Positions 1-14,400 of a DNA stretch of 64,000 bases are shown here, in pieces; the stretch's first letter is position 1, and every line of letters starts with the position of its first letter. The stretch covers positions 3,038,001 to 3,102,000 of the forward strand of contig NC_092673.1 of the NCBI RefSeq assembly GCF_964355755.1. The letters run 5' to 3'. Under the pieces are notes generated by a model. That model ran no database searches and was not told the origin of the DNA. It saw only the letters and a program-made list of their open reading frames with translations. Source of the stretch: Antedon mediterranea. Taxonomy: Eukaryota; Animalia; Echinodermata. A program made the position numbers and the translations under genes.

Positions 1-1
1 A

Positions 2-1030
2 AATGTTTTAGTTATCACCGATCATTTCACCCGATATGCCTTAGCGTACCCAACAAAAAACCAGACGGCTGAAACTGTTGCCAAGGTACTATTTCAGAAC
101 GTATTTAGACATTATGGTTTCCCAAAACGTATACACTCCGATCAAGGGCGTAATTTTGAAAGCGCAATAATTAAATCTGTGTGCAAGGTCGCCGGAATAG
201 CAAAGTCGCGTACTACACCCTACCACCCAATGGGTAACGGAACTACGGAGAGATTTAATAGAACACTAATCGACATGCTGGGTACACTCTCACTAGATCG
301 TAAACAGGACTGGAAGGAATATGTTAGCGATATGGCACATGCATATAATTGTACTAAACACGATTCCACGGGTTATGCACCATTTTACTTAATGTTTGGC
401 CGACATGCCAATCTGCCAATTGATGTAATGTTTGGACTTGATAGCAATAATCATAATAGTGATGACGATGATTATGATGAGTTGGTCTTACACTTTCGCG
501 AGCGATTAAAGCTGGTCTATGACCAAGCAGCCAAATCTTCCATGAAAGCCAAAGACAAACAGAAACGCGAGTATGACAAAAAGACAACTCAAGCTCCTTT
601 GGAATTGGGCGACCGCGTCCTGGTGCAAAAGAAACATATTATCGGGAAACAAAAACTCGTAGACAGATGGGAGGAAACCCCATATGTCGTGTTGTTCAAA
701 CATCCAAATATTCCAGTGTACAAAGTTGAAAACGCGGATGGTCGTCAGCGGACATTACATAGAAATCTACTGACTCCATGTATGTTTTTGCCATTGGATT
801 TATCAACTCCGACGCCAGACCAAAGCGCTCCACCCTCACCAAATGCCGATGCCAGCACCAGCAACATAGTACCATCTCATTGTCTTTCGCTAAACCCATA
901 CGCATCTCCGTTTGTATCGTTGTCGCCGCCAAATAAACGATTTGTAAATAATATAGATACATTGGATAATAGACTCATACCTCAATCTTCTCAAACACCG
1001 TCTATTATGTTTGAATATGACTTGGATTAA
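2..1030 (+). CDS. Ty3/Gypsy retrotransposon pol C-terminus (integrase), 5'-truncated by the window edge
   Basis: Frame is open from position 2: NVLVITDHFTRY...IHSDQGRNFES...TTPYHPMGNGTTERFNRTL (DDE integrase core), then AYN..HDSTGYAPFYLMFGR and GDRVLV..KL..RWE..PYVV (GPY/F module), with a Pro/Ser-rich tail and TAA at 1028-1030. Confidence 0.95.
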   Translation, partial: NVLVITDHFTRYALAYPTKNQTAETVAKVLFQNVFRHYGFPKRIHSDQGRNFESAIIKSVCKVAGIAKSRTTPYHPMGNGTTERFNRTLIDMLGTLSLDRKQDWKEYVSDMAHAYNCTKHDSTGYAPFYLMFGRHANLPIDVMFGLDSNNHNSDDDDYDELVLHFRERLKLVYDQAAKSSMKAKDKQKREYDKKTTQAPLELGDRVLVQKKHIIGKQKLVDRWEETPYVVLFKHPNIPVYKVENADGRQRTLHRNLLTPCMFLPLDLSTPTPDQSAPPSPNADASTSNIVPSHCLSLNPYASPFVSLSPPNKRFVNNIDTLDNRLIPQSSQTPSIMFEYDLD

Positions 1031-1796
1031 AGTGAACACTGGAACACTTTTTAAATTTTTTTTCACTGACTTTTTGGACACTTTCATATGACTATTTGAT
1101 GACATGTAATTGTTTGAACTATATTGTATATTTTTATGTATTTTCATGAACTACTTGATTAACGTCGGGGGCGACGTTTCAGATGGGAGGGGTGAGTGAG
1201 ATGTCATCCCTTCCAATCGCCTATTGAACTTAATTGATATACTTTACGTATTAAATTAAATTAACTTTAAAAAAATGTATAAACAAAGCATAATGAAGGT
1301 AGTATTACCGTATACTGTAGTTAAGTGGTTACCCATAGTGATGGTATTGTAGTACCGGTAGTAATTTAAATCATTCCTTATGTTTATTCATCGTTTCATA
1401 CCGAGTAAGTATTTACTAGGTCAATTTGAGTCTGAACAGCAAGTACTGCGCTGTACAATTTCATTTTAGAATGGAATGTATCTTATATTTTATAGTATTC
1501 ATGATGTAATGATACAGTTAATAATAGACAGTTAATAATAGACAGTTTGCAATGGTTGGTAATATGTGACTGTTTCAGGTGGTAATGAACCGCACTACTA
1601 ATAAGTTTGTTTTATACAGTATTATCATAGATAAGTTTTGTTTATTTTGATGTTTCCTCATTTTATGCCTTTTTAATAGTTTGTAGAGTTTGTAGTTTTA
1701 GTATAATTCCTAATTAAGACTAGATTATTCGGCAAGTCTCCCTCGGTTTTGAAGCAGGCGAACGTCGTGGACGACGTTCAAGAAAGGAGGGGTGGA

Positions 1797-2205
1797 TGTA
1801 GCGATACTCTAAAAGCAGTATTATTATTTTATTGTATTTAAGTTCATATTTACTTAGTAGCTTGTATATCCTCAATGATCATGCCTTAGTTTGATTTTAC
1901 ACATTCCAATCTCTGAATTAATTAAGACTGTACCTCCTTTATCTAGGTTTCCATAACAACTGGTCCATTTTGTGGGTTTTGTGGTGGGGAATAAGAAAGT
2001 TTTATAGCCTGTGTTATCTAGAAATACTGTGAAATTGGATAGATGAGTCAGATCTGTGTAGTTAGTATTGAGTTTTAAAAGTAAGCAGTTGTGTTATAAT
2101 TAATAAAAGCATTTTGTATTGGAATTCTGTGTTTTATCGATTTTGTAGCTGAAATTGAGAACCTGGGTTTAAGTTATCATTGTCATTATTTTGTGAAGAG
2201 CTACA
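1797..2205 (+). repeat. 3' LTR (about 409 bp)
   Basis: Begins TGTAGC right after the PPT and ends GCTACA (6-bp terminal inverted repeat, TG...CA). AATAAA at 2102. Followed by TATA, a candidate 4-bp TSD; the 5' LTR is not in the window. Confidence 0.8.
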
Positions 2206-2450
2206 TATATCATAAAAAAATGTAATTTAAAGCACAAAATACTTATGGTATTGGTTAAAATTAACCATTTCTTGTGTCTTTTTATAAGTGAAACAATTTT
2301 ATTTAAACTGCAAAATGGCCTATTTAAAGTCTGATTTTATTAATCTTTATTTTTCATGCTTTTGGGGGACAATACATCTTTAAACTAAAAAGCAAAATGG
2401 CAAATATCCATGATAATTAACATACACTTTAAGAACATTAATTGGCTTAC

Positions 2451-5400
2451 CCTTATGGTACCATTTAAGTCTTCTACAACACTTCGATGAATAAGAATGC
2501 TGTCACGATAGTTTGGAATAAACTGACCGCTATCAATTTCAACCTGTCCTTGCTTCAGCATGAATTGCACTTCAAGATTACAGTTAAATCGCATACGAGA
2601 TTCACGCAATCTAATAATACAACATTTGTACATAATAATTATTTATCTGATTACTGTATATCCTCTGGTATAATCCCACCCCCTAGAACACAACTATTGG
2701 GCCAACTTTGTGGGGTGGGACTATACCCGGGGAAATGTTGGTTCAGGAAAAAAATGATTGTTAAGCATTTCTTTAAAAACTTATCTAAACTGGCTAGAAA
2801 GAGGCCTACATCCACACCAAAAGTCAATACTGGGACTATAATACCAGTATAAAGTTGATAATCAACATTATTATTGTATACATGAAAGGGATTTGAATAT
2901 AACTGTGTAAATGATAATATTATAACCATAATAACATAATAATCATGATCGTAACCTTAAAAGGTCAGGTGTTCTGATGATGATTATGTGACGAGATGAC
3001 AAGGATAATAAAAAATGATGGTAAAGCTCTGTCTACACTATCAAACTAGTTTGACAAAAAAGTGTGATGTGCCCAAATATGGTAGTGATATGACATCATC
3101 ATTTCACATTTTTTTCCACACACGTTTGATAGTGTAGACAGAGCTTTAGGGGAATACAATTATCTTTGTTGGCATTTTTACTTACTGATTCAACTCATCC
3201 ATTGTGTCATCCATCTCTCTTTTTAGTTTTTCATCTTCATCTTGTCTTAGCTGTAGAAAAGCATTCATATCTGCTAGAGTCAAAGCTTGTGCTTTAACCT
3301 GAAGAAAAATGAAAAATAAAGAATGTTACTTATTTGTGAACATTTTAAATATTTTTGATTGAGGACTACCATTTTTTCATATTTAGTCGAGTATTTGAAA
3401 CTTTAAAGCTCTGTCCACACTATCATACTTTATGTGATGTGCCCATATATGAATATGATGATGTCATATCACTACCATATTTGGGCACATCACGCTTTTT
3501 TTGTGAAACTAGTTTGACAGAGCTTTAGTAGTACTCAATGTAACATTTGAATATAAAAACATACCTCATGTTCACTTTTAACCTTTAACCTTCGTGCGGC
3601 GCACACACGTTTCCATACAGACAATTCCACATCCTCTGGCATGTGTGATGGGTCATCAAATTCATCCAGTTGTTTGAGAGTGATTTCTAGAGTACCTGCT
3701 TGACGTGCAGATAAAGGTCTTTCTCCATACGGGTTGGTTGTAGTTTGTTGGTTCATCTTGGAGTCTGTGTGGTGAAGGCGCCTTTGACCTCTGCAAAAAT
3801 TAATATCCATTAAAAGAAGTAAAGAAATAAGCTGCTTAAAAAAAATAAAATCAACAATTACATTTACAGAAGTATAGGAACATAAATTGTAAAGCTCTGT
3901 CTACATTATCAAATTAGTTTGACAAAAAAAGTGTGGTGTGCCCAAATATGGTAGTGATATGACATCATCCTATCCATATATGGGCACATCACATAAAGTA
4001 TGATAGTGTAGACAGAGCTTTATACGGTAGAATTTCTTTCGGACACTGCTATTCAACAGAGTATTAAAGTGAAACCTATGAACGAGTGCATATATATGTT
4101 TTGACAATATGGTCTTTACTTTAAAGTGTCAATTAAGCCCTGATGATACAACATCATCATGTCCATATATGGGTCCCTCATATTTGTCACATAAAGTTTG
4201 ATTATGTAGACAGAGCTTTAAAAAGAACCTTCATATTATGTTCCATTCTATTCTATACAGGTTTTTATATGGCGCCCTACGAAGAACAGAGCGCCTAACA
4301 ATACTTAGTAGTTAATTAAAAAGAAAAGGTTTAAGTCCGAGGGCTGATCACGTTCACACGCAAAGACCAGCCGCACCGCCTTGTTCCTTTGAACATTTTT
4401 TATTTGATTAAGTTTAACCGTGACCAGCTTTCATTTAATTACAGGTGTCGACTTCGCTCCTCTAATGATCCCACCCGACTTTTCGTTCCACGATCTAATT
4501 GGAAAGCTGGTGACAATGCTTTTTCTGTCGCAGCTCCGCGGATCTGGAACGCGCTACCTGTCGATTTGAGAGGAGCGAATTCGGCACCTCTATTTAAACG
4601 TCAACTTTAAACTTTTCTTTTGAATTAATTACTAAGTATTGTAAGGCGCTCTGTTCTTTGTAGGGCGCCATATAAAAACCTGTATAGAATAGAATAGAAT
4701 AGAATCGCTGTAATCGTTTAAGATCAACTTCGCGGGCATCAAGCAAGAGCGAGTTGACCATATACAAACCTTGGTTTCTTGCGATATAACTTATAGAGCT
4801 GTTCCACAAGCAAACTATTGACATCATGGAATTCCTTATGGAAGTTCTTATCCAGAACTTTATCTTCAGCAACACGGATATCATAAGTATCCCGATAATC
4901 CTGTACTCTTTGTTTGGTTTGAGCAACTGCTTGTACAGTCAACACCTTTCTCATCTTCCTATCCTCAAGCTGACGAAGAAGTTCTTCTTCTCTGGTGCTT
5001 AGTTCCTCCTCAATCAAGAGAGAGAGATTCAAGCGCAAGATCTTTAGCTCCTCCTAATATAAAGAAAATAAGTATCATCATCATATATGTTTTTCTTATC
5101 TTCTTAACTCTATTAAACAAAAAGAGCATAATTTTACATTAATTTCATAAAACATAACTCTTCTTTTGTATTCTACAAAACAGAATCATTTTTTACCTGA
5201 AAAATGACCATCTCAACTTTAATTTTCTTGAGGAATATTTCGACCATCTTGTCATCAAAATTAGAAGTGGTGTCACTAATAATTGTCTGCAGTTTCTTCA
5301 GTTCTGCCTCAAGAGTCTGCAGTTAAAACAAAAACCTTAATGATTACCATTCAACATTATGAGCCCTAATCTTGGTAAGTGTGATGTAACAAACATCAAA

Positions 5401-8400
5401 CTCACTTGAAGGTGTATAAATAATAATAATAGGTCATTCTTATATAGCGCATATAAGCAAGCTCTCAATGCGCTGACACATTATTACGTCAGTCATTTTG
5501 GATCAAACATTCTCCCATAATGCAGCTAGTAATCAGCGCAAAGTTGTGTCTTGATCTAACCAGTACCCATTTTATACACCTGGGTGGAGAGAGGCAAATG
5601 ATGTAAGTAAAGTATCTTGCCTAAGGATACAAGCAATGCGGCGAGAGTTGGATTTGAACCACAATCTCATAATCAGTAATCCAACGTCCAACACACTGCG
5701 CCGCATTGTTGGAACTAACCTTTCTATACTTTTCTCGTTCTTCGTTTAATTCCTTCACTTTTCTTTCATATTCCTTTGCCATCTTTTGCTCTTCTTCTGA
5801 CCACTCATCTTGTGGTTTGTTGACAATGAATGTTGGTTGAGGAACATCCTAGACAGAGAAGAGAACAAGAAAATTATATGAAAGTAAGGACATGAGGTAT
5901 TTTTTATGAATTTATTCAACCTCTCACTAAGATGAGCTAGATGTAGTCCTTATCCGAGAAGACTTGTTCTACCACCAGAATCATGGAGCGAGTGAGCCTC
6001 AAACCCGTGCCGATGTTATGGTTACGTAATTACGGTTCCACTGTCTTTAATCGCCACTCACTCGCTGCGGTACAATGTCCGACTGAAGGAACAGCATTAA
6101 ACTACCTCTTACGGCAGAACTATCAGACAGGGAACAGTTCATGATTATTAGATGATGTCAACATACACATTGTTTTATATTTTCACTTGTGTGTTCAACA
6201 ATACATAATTTTGAAACATACCTTCTTTAACTCGTCCTCTTTCTTCACTTCCAGCACACCTCCCATCATCATTTCACGACCTCGTACTAGGTCGTTATCA
6301 CCTTTCTCCAGGAGACGGCGCTGTTCTTCGATTTGCCTCTCATCGTCTAGTTTGGCTTGTTGTTCAGGAGTGATGAACTTTTCAACTTTGACCTATGAAA
6401 AAAAGATGGCCAATAAAATAATAATAACTATATATATATTACATGTTGTAGGTTGTCTATTGGGTTTTCAAACCCTTTATTTTACCTCTTTTTCTTCTAC
6501 TGTAAGTAGCTTCTCAGGTTTTTCATCCTCATCCATTTCTGGCTCCCATAATTCTTCACTAGAGTTCAGATCTTTCAGAATTTTTGATATGCGAGAATTA
6601 CGATCACCAATGCGAGCAATTTCTTGCTCTTTTTGTCGGTAAACTTCGTCAAACTCAGAATTGAAAGCCACTTTGATTCTATAAATAGCATCCTATCAAA
6701 GACAGAATAAAGAACATTAACTCATTAAGTATTGCTATAAAGCCTGGTCTACACTATAAAAAAAAATGTGATGTGCCCATACAGTATATGAACATGATGA
6801 TGTCATATCACTACCAAATTTAGGCATATCAGTACCATATTTGGACATATCAGACTTTTTTTTTTTTTTTAACATTATCTCTTTATCATTAGAGTCATGT
6901 GTTTCAAGAACACTTTACTGAATGAATGATAATTTTCAATTAAAACAAAATTAAAGAAACCAACCTTTAACAGTATAATCTGGTTTCGTTTCTGCTGTCT
7001 GGTGTGTAGTTCAAACTGGCTGTAAAAGTAGTCGCTAGCCCCTCCATACTGCGCACCAAGACTACCGGTAGTGGAGGGTTGTTCTGCACCATCACCTTCA
7101 ACCGACTCATCATCTGCTTCCTCATTTTCAGTCTAATCGATAATAAAAAACATAAAATTGTACCCAGATGTACCCGGATTTCCATACAGAACAAAATATA
7201 CATTACAAACTTTAAAAAACTTGTTTTTATTAAATCAAATGAATAAATGCAAGTTTACCTTAGTTGTTTGCTTGAATTGTGATTCCATTATCTCCTTTCT
7301 TGCCTTTAACAATAAAACAAATAGCAACATATGTTGGTATATATTTTTACAATGATAATATAGATTCTCAACTTTGGGCCTTAAGTGATTGCCTACTAGT
7401 AAGTAAGGTTTTCTTAAATATTATTATACAAATTTTGCCCCTTTAATTCTCCAAATATCATGCAATGTTCAACAAAACCATGGATACTCCATGAACAAAA
7501 CTGATTGTTGAAAGAAAAGCACAAGTTCAGTAACTAACCATTATCTCTGCAATTTCAATTTGCCTCAGCTTAGTGATGCATGCAAGTTCTTCTTTCTCAT
7601 CATTTGTTCGTTTTCGCATTGGATAGTTGCTTACTTCAAGATTTGAGTGGAAAGCCTACCATAATAAAACATGTCATCAAATGTCATCATGTTTATCTAT
7701 TCCTAGTGACTTTAAAACAGTTATAGAAGATACCAACTTTATTCACATCATCATACATAAATAGTACAATAAAATATGTATGTGTGTGTGTGAAAAAGAG
7801 CCAAAAAATAGCTTTCGCTAATCAAGGTTTGACTCCAGTCACAAAAAAATAAATTAGTCATAATGCATACATTTTCATCTATCAACAATAATTCCATAAG
7901 AAAGAAACAGCAACTATATGAAAGAAATAACGTAAACAAGGGCTAACATTAATATTTTTGTAAAAGTAAACATTTAACTTCATTTATGAATTTAAATCTA
8001 GAAGAGGTACATTTTATAACTAAGGGTAAATTATTCCAAAGTTGAGCTCCATTAAAAGAAATTCTAAATTTACCAGCATCTGTGCGAGCTTTCGGAATTG
8101 CAAAATTAAATCTATTACTAAAGTGTGATAACAAAAAGTGTGATGTGCTAAAATATGGTAGTGATGCCCAAATATGGTAGTTATATGTCATATGTCCAGT
8201 TTTCAAATTGAATTGAAAAGTCTTCAAGGAAAATGAGTGTCTGGGTGTTTGAAAGAGTTTCATAACTTAAAATAATTTGAAATTACCTTGGTGCAACGAC
8301 CTTTCACATTCATACTATCCCAGCATTCATTTTTTACCATTTCTTTGAGATAGCTCTTCGCAAGGTTTTCAAACTCGATATCTTCTCGCACCTGAAAACA

Positions 8401-11400
8401 AATCCCACAGTAAGAAATGAAAACTCACACAATTTTCTTAATCATAATGTTTTTTTCTTGAGCCTTGTTCACACTAGACTGTAACTTTTACAGGCAGTGG
8501 TTGGAAGAAATTTACCGTTTGTCTTAATCTAACTTTGAGGGTAATTGTAGCCAGTGTTCACACTATTTTTGGTAGACTTTTTTATAGCATTATCATTTTA
8601 TTTGTTACTGAAAGTTGTTTCAATTATAATTCAAATTTTGCTAGTAGGATTAAATTAGAAAGAATGTGTATTTCATTTCATTTATTTTTATCTCCAAAAT
8701 ACAATATAAAAAAACGTGGACAAAGAACAAGAAATCATCACACAAAACCAGGCAGAGACATGATTCCTAAAAAGCGAACCTAATCACTATCTAGTAGGTC
8801 TCCTATTGTATGATTTGCAATAATCTTGTACCTTTTGTACTTGTTCATCTCCTTCACTCTGCAGCCTGGCCTGATCCTCAGTGTCAAGGTTAAACTCATG
8901 TCTTTCCAATCGCTCTATTTCAGGCAAAGAATCATTCTCTTTCATCATGCTTTGAATCTAAATGTAATAAATAAAAACAGAAGACCATATTAGCCCCGGG
9001 AGAAAGCATAGACTATTTGTGGTTTGCACAGCTAAAATAAGTTTTTCACTTTATGACTTTATGACCATATATTGTGGTTGTTACCATAATCAACTGTAGT
9101 TTCAACCAATATTGCAAAATAACAGAAAGATATCATCCTACCGTAAACTGGCACATTGCTATTGTAAATTAGAATAATAATAATAATCAACAATTTTAAA
9201 TCGTTACAGTAGTAGCTGTAAACCAACCTGTCTCCTAAGGTCTCTGATTTCTGTTCGTAGAGTCTTCTTCTGCTCAGCAAATTCTTTATCTTCTTCACGA
9301 ATTGCCTGTTGAAATCAAATAAAAAATCTTTTGTATGAACAATATAATTATCATAAAAGAAAATGTATCAATGGTGTACTTAATCAAAAGAAGAATGTTT
9401 AATAGGAAAGTAATACAATTGTAGAAATATAAGTACCTCCATGACTTTGACTTCCATCCAGGTGGGATCTCCCTTGGGTGTAGGAGTAGGTGTCACATAT
9501 ATTTGGTCATTTTCCATTGCTACTGTCTTCGGCTGTGAACAAATTTAAATCAATAAAATGTTTTCAAATAGCTATACTATTTTATAATAACAAATCATGT
9601 TTACATACATTTAGTAAGAGCAGTTAATTCTGTTCAGGCCTATGCCTGTTGCTTGCTCCTGGCATGATTGTGCTAGATATAACATGCCCAATATATATTA
9701 TTATACAAATAAATTAATAAACTTATCCTAAAACAATACAAAGTGTATACAATTTCAATGGAAATACTGTCTTTGGTTTGTTTGTGATAAAATCACAATG
9801 CTTTACATGTGCATAGTCAAATGGTTATCTGCATACAAATCCCAATGTAAATATTGTCACAGTAGTATACCCAGTCCATAAAAACTAAAGCTTTAAAATA
9901 CCTTGCTGCGCATGGCATCAGTTGACGCCTCTCTAGATACAGCGTTGGACTTCAAAGGTGACCAATCAGGCATCTCCGTCATTATCTCATCTTCTTTTTT
10001 GCATATAGAATGAAGTCTGGCTTTGTGAGAACGTGCCGACTCAATAGCTGTAGTCACCTTTCCTTTACCTGTAGCACTGAAGCTAAAAACAAAGAAGATA
10101 AAACAATTAAATTAAGGTTTAATATTGTTCTACGACACTCACAAATAATTTCCGTAATAGACAAAACAAGTATAGAAATGTAGAATCAATTTATTTTAGC
10201 TCTAATTATTGTTTTATATGCCAGATTATTAGTAAATTAAAAAAGATGTTAAATTGAGCAAATGCTGTAAACTTACTTCCAGGTGTAACACGTGAGGACA
10301 CCATCTCCAACTCCACAGGTAAGCAGGTACATCCCATCTCTTGTGAAGCACATACGGCTTACGCCTCCACTGTGGAAGTTGTGAGCGTGCACTGAGACAG
10401 CACGCTCCAGCAGACCTAACTCTCGAACAAATACTCGACCATCACTTCCACCGCTTGCTACCCACTGGTGGTGAGGTGACATGGTGATAACACCTCCGGC
10501 CAATTCATGGTTTGAGCATGCTTGCTGTGGTTGCAAGTATGAAGCTTTGTTGTTGGCCTGAAACATAAACATATCATTATATATTAATTTGAATACAATA
10601 CCAGAATGTTCCTTTAAAATTTAAAGGATTTAGAAGTTACAGATGTGTTAAGCGTTGTTCCCACTAGGACGCAACGCATGCAAAGTGCTTTATTGCATAA
10701 TCACAAGTGGGAACCGACGACGCAACAGTACTGCAAACATCATAGGTTTGATTTTGAGGTGGGGGCAAACACAATTATTGGAAGGGCATTTTCTTATGTT
10801 GCGTAGGTTGCGTTACGTTGCACCACTAGTGTAAACCAAGCCTTAGTATGGTCATTGTTAGACTTAATTTAAAATTTTCATAAATTTTGTAAGCATACCT
10901 TCTTTGGTGCCTCCTCAGGGATACGAATTTCATGGAGCTGCTTGGAGTAATGTGGTAGTGTAAAGAGCTTCCGATCACCTGTAACAGCGCCTCCGTGGCT
11001 TGATTCATTCAGGTTGAAGTTCAGCTTCCCAATACTGTCTTCAAGAAGGTCCATTTTAAGACTTCCACAGTATTTACTCACATCTACAACAATACAAATG
11101 ATGGAATTAGAAGTTAAAAAGGAATCAGCTATACTGAAGAAGTGCTATGTATTATAATCTGTATGGTCAAATGTTATATTTTATTTAATTTTTACCATAT
11201 CTTTTTATTTATTTCATACGCATCCAACAGAAAGAACAAACTCGCCAATGTACAGGATGGATAAACTAATAATAAATAATACCTATAAAACCATTGTTGA
11301 CACATATAACATTACAATAAAATCATTATAATATTCAGATTCAGATTCAGATAATATTTATTTAGATAATAATGAATGAATATATACAAAATAGAAAAAA

Positions 11401-14400
11401 GATATTAAAGTGAACATAGATAAAGCAGTAATTGGTAGTCATTATTATCATGGATCCCTTCTAGAAGTTAAAAACTTGTCTCGTAGGGACCCATAACAAA
11501 ACACATTACTAAAAAAATAAAAATAACCTAGAATATATAATTATATAATTTAGGATAAAAAATTACAGTATAATAACATAACTAACATCTTCTTTATAAA
11601 AATTATTTAAATTATATTTCAATAGTTTCATGATAATTATAAATGAAATAACTACCGATATTGGTAAATGAAAAAAAAATATGTATACATAAATTATAAT
11701 TCCAGTATATATATAGTATATACTATATATACATTATATATTGTAATCATTACGATACCATAATGATCATGATACCAAAGTGCCAATAAAGGTACAGGTT
11801 AAATTTCTGCAGTACCAGTGGCAAACACACTGAACAGCTGTGTACAGTTATATATAACATATTTTCATGTACGCTACTATCTTCGGTTACTACTTATAAA
11901 ATACATTAATCGTTAAATAACATCAAATACAAAATTGCTTACTATCATTTAGGTCAGCTGGTACATCAAACAATGTAATCTTTGTAGCTCCTATGTTAAT
12001 ATCAGCATCATTGGATGTGTATGTTATCACAACTCTTACATCAGCATGCTTCTCTGCCATGTGGGTTGAAATACTCTCAACATGGCCTTCGATAGCTATA
12101 ACAGAATAACAAAATCATTTGAAAAAATTTAAGAAAACTCAAAAGGATATGTTGAATATACACATACTCAATAGCTGGGTTCCTAAACTATGTGAGTGAG
12201 TAGTCGAGCGGTTAAGGCAGTGGAACGTAATTACGTAGCCCTTACATCGGCAAAGGGTTCACTCACTCCATAGTTTTGGTGGTAGAACAAGTTTTCTCGG
12301 ATAAAGACTATAAACCATCCAGTGTACACATCTAGCTCATGTGCACTTTAAAGAACTCAGTACATCTTTCGAGACGAGTAGGGGGGTTACCCCGGTGTAC
12401 ATCGCAACCACTGACCATAACTGGGCCCTCTGGGAGACAAGTCTTTGACTGAAGAGGTTGAGTTAATAATGACAGCTTAATTTTGCTAATAACAGAGCTT
12501 ATAATTAATGTTTTTCAATAGGAATTGGGTGAATTTTAAATGTTTGTTGATAAAGAGGCACCTTTACACATTGGCAAGATTCTCATTTTATCAGTACAGT
12601 ATATGATCCTGGATATGGGCGTAAAATACTAATAATAATCAAAATATCAATTAAGACATGTACCTGTTTGTGCAAGGACTTTAAACATCATTGATGGTCT
12701 TGTATCTACAACAAACACATGTCCATCGTCGGAACCACTGAAAAGATACCGTCCCTCTGCATCATAGGTGAGCTGCATTACAGCGTGTTGGTGGACTCGC
12801 ATACGCTCAACAATGCGAGGGTTTTCCATGTTGGTCACTTCAACCATATAGATATGGCCAGAGTGGGTGCCGACTGCTACAGAGTGAGAGGCTGGGCTAC
12901 AAGCCAGACTACAACACTACAAATAAAATTCACATCTTTATTGAAATACATTTGAACATACAATAACAATATTTAAATGGCAAAATAAAGAGCTGAATAA
13001 ACATATTAATGATATTCAGATCCAGATGTTCCTATCACGAACACATGGTCAACTCACATCCCAAAAAGTCACAATTCCCAGAAACACACACTTATTCAAC
13101 CTACTGACAAATCAACTAAGCCAACACTCAGATATTAAACCAAATAAAATCTAACCTGCACAGCCAATGGTAAGGAGCCTACAAGTTGATTCTCTTCAAT
13201 ATCCCAAATTTGTAGTTCACCATCTTCACGTACAGTCTATATATATGATATATATATGTCATTGCCAGTTATTAATAATACTTTACAGTACAGTATTTAT
13301 ATTACTACATTACCATAAAAAAAAAATAAAAATAAAAATAAAACAAAAAAATATATATATATATGGACACGATGACATCATATCACAACCATATTTGGCC
13401 ATATCACTACCATATTAGGGAACATCTAACTTGTTTTGTCAAACTAGTTTAAAAGTGTAGACTGAGCTTTATACTAACCACGCAGTGTTGTACTCCTGGA
13501 TTTAACATATCCAGGCCAACAAAGTTTCCATGATGTGTATCCAAAATTAGCTCTGAAGTGCCTGGGCTACTGGTATCGTACAAGTTGATAGAACCCTACA
13601 TCAAAACAAAATGTATTTTATTATACTACAACGTATTAAGTACAAACTTGCGTTGTTTGTATTTAAGATCCTAAATGACAGTGCTCCTGCTTATTTATCT
13701 GACCTTGTGGATCGTTACGAATCATCCCGCAGAGGCCTACGATCATTGTCACAAAACCTTCTTCAAGAGCGTAGAGCGAAAAATCAATGGGGTCAGAGAT
13801 CTTTTTACGTTGCGGCCGCAAGTGTATGGAACAGCTTACCAGCAACAGTTAAATGCTCAACTAGTCTAAACAGTTTCAAGACCAACCTAAAGACGTCGCT
13901 ATTCGCTGATGTTCTCGCATGTTGTTAATGCACAAAGCGCCATGAGCGCCACATGGGTGGAGGATACCGGCGCTATATAAGTTTTCATTTATTATTATTA
14001 TTATTACAGTAGAACAATATCAAGACAATATGTTGTGAAGATCAGATTATTTAAGTAATTGGTTCTCACCTTTCGTTTTAAACACTTTAATTTTAATACA
14101 CAACACAATTTCATAAATAATATGTATATGTGAAATAAATTTTACTTTTGAGCTTCCAATAGCCAGCTTGCTATATGTTGGAGACCAGCTGAGAGATGTG
14201 ATTGGACTGTCAATAGGGCAGCTATCGGACACTTGTACCACACTCCCACTAATATCCAGACAACGTAACATTCCATCCTGTTCAAACACATAAATTAATT
14301 ATTAAATCATGGCATTTAAGTGTAACACCAGACAATATTTATTTCTTTCTCTTCTACATCATGGTGATCCTATGCTCCTAATGCAATGTACTTCATACAC

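Larger units (their letters stand above)
1..2205 (+). mobile_element. 3' part of a Gypsy LTR retrotransposon lying antisense in a CFAP43 intron
   Basis: Integrase ORF, then PPT AGAAAGGAGGGGTGGA (1781-1796) directly followed by an LTR-like segment. The CFAP43 exon at 2451-2610 ends in a GTAAG donor and the conserved C-terminus is absent from the window. Confidence 0.85.

Noticed and set aside
6187-6642. 151-aa plus-strand ORF and similar antisense ORFs (2487-2852, 12719-12955, 16363-16605)
   Set aside because: Shadow frames opposite real CFAP43 exons; Ser/Phe-rich composition typical of antisense reading.
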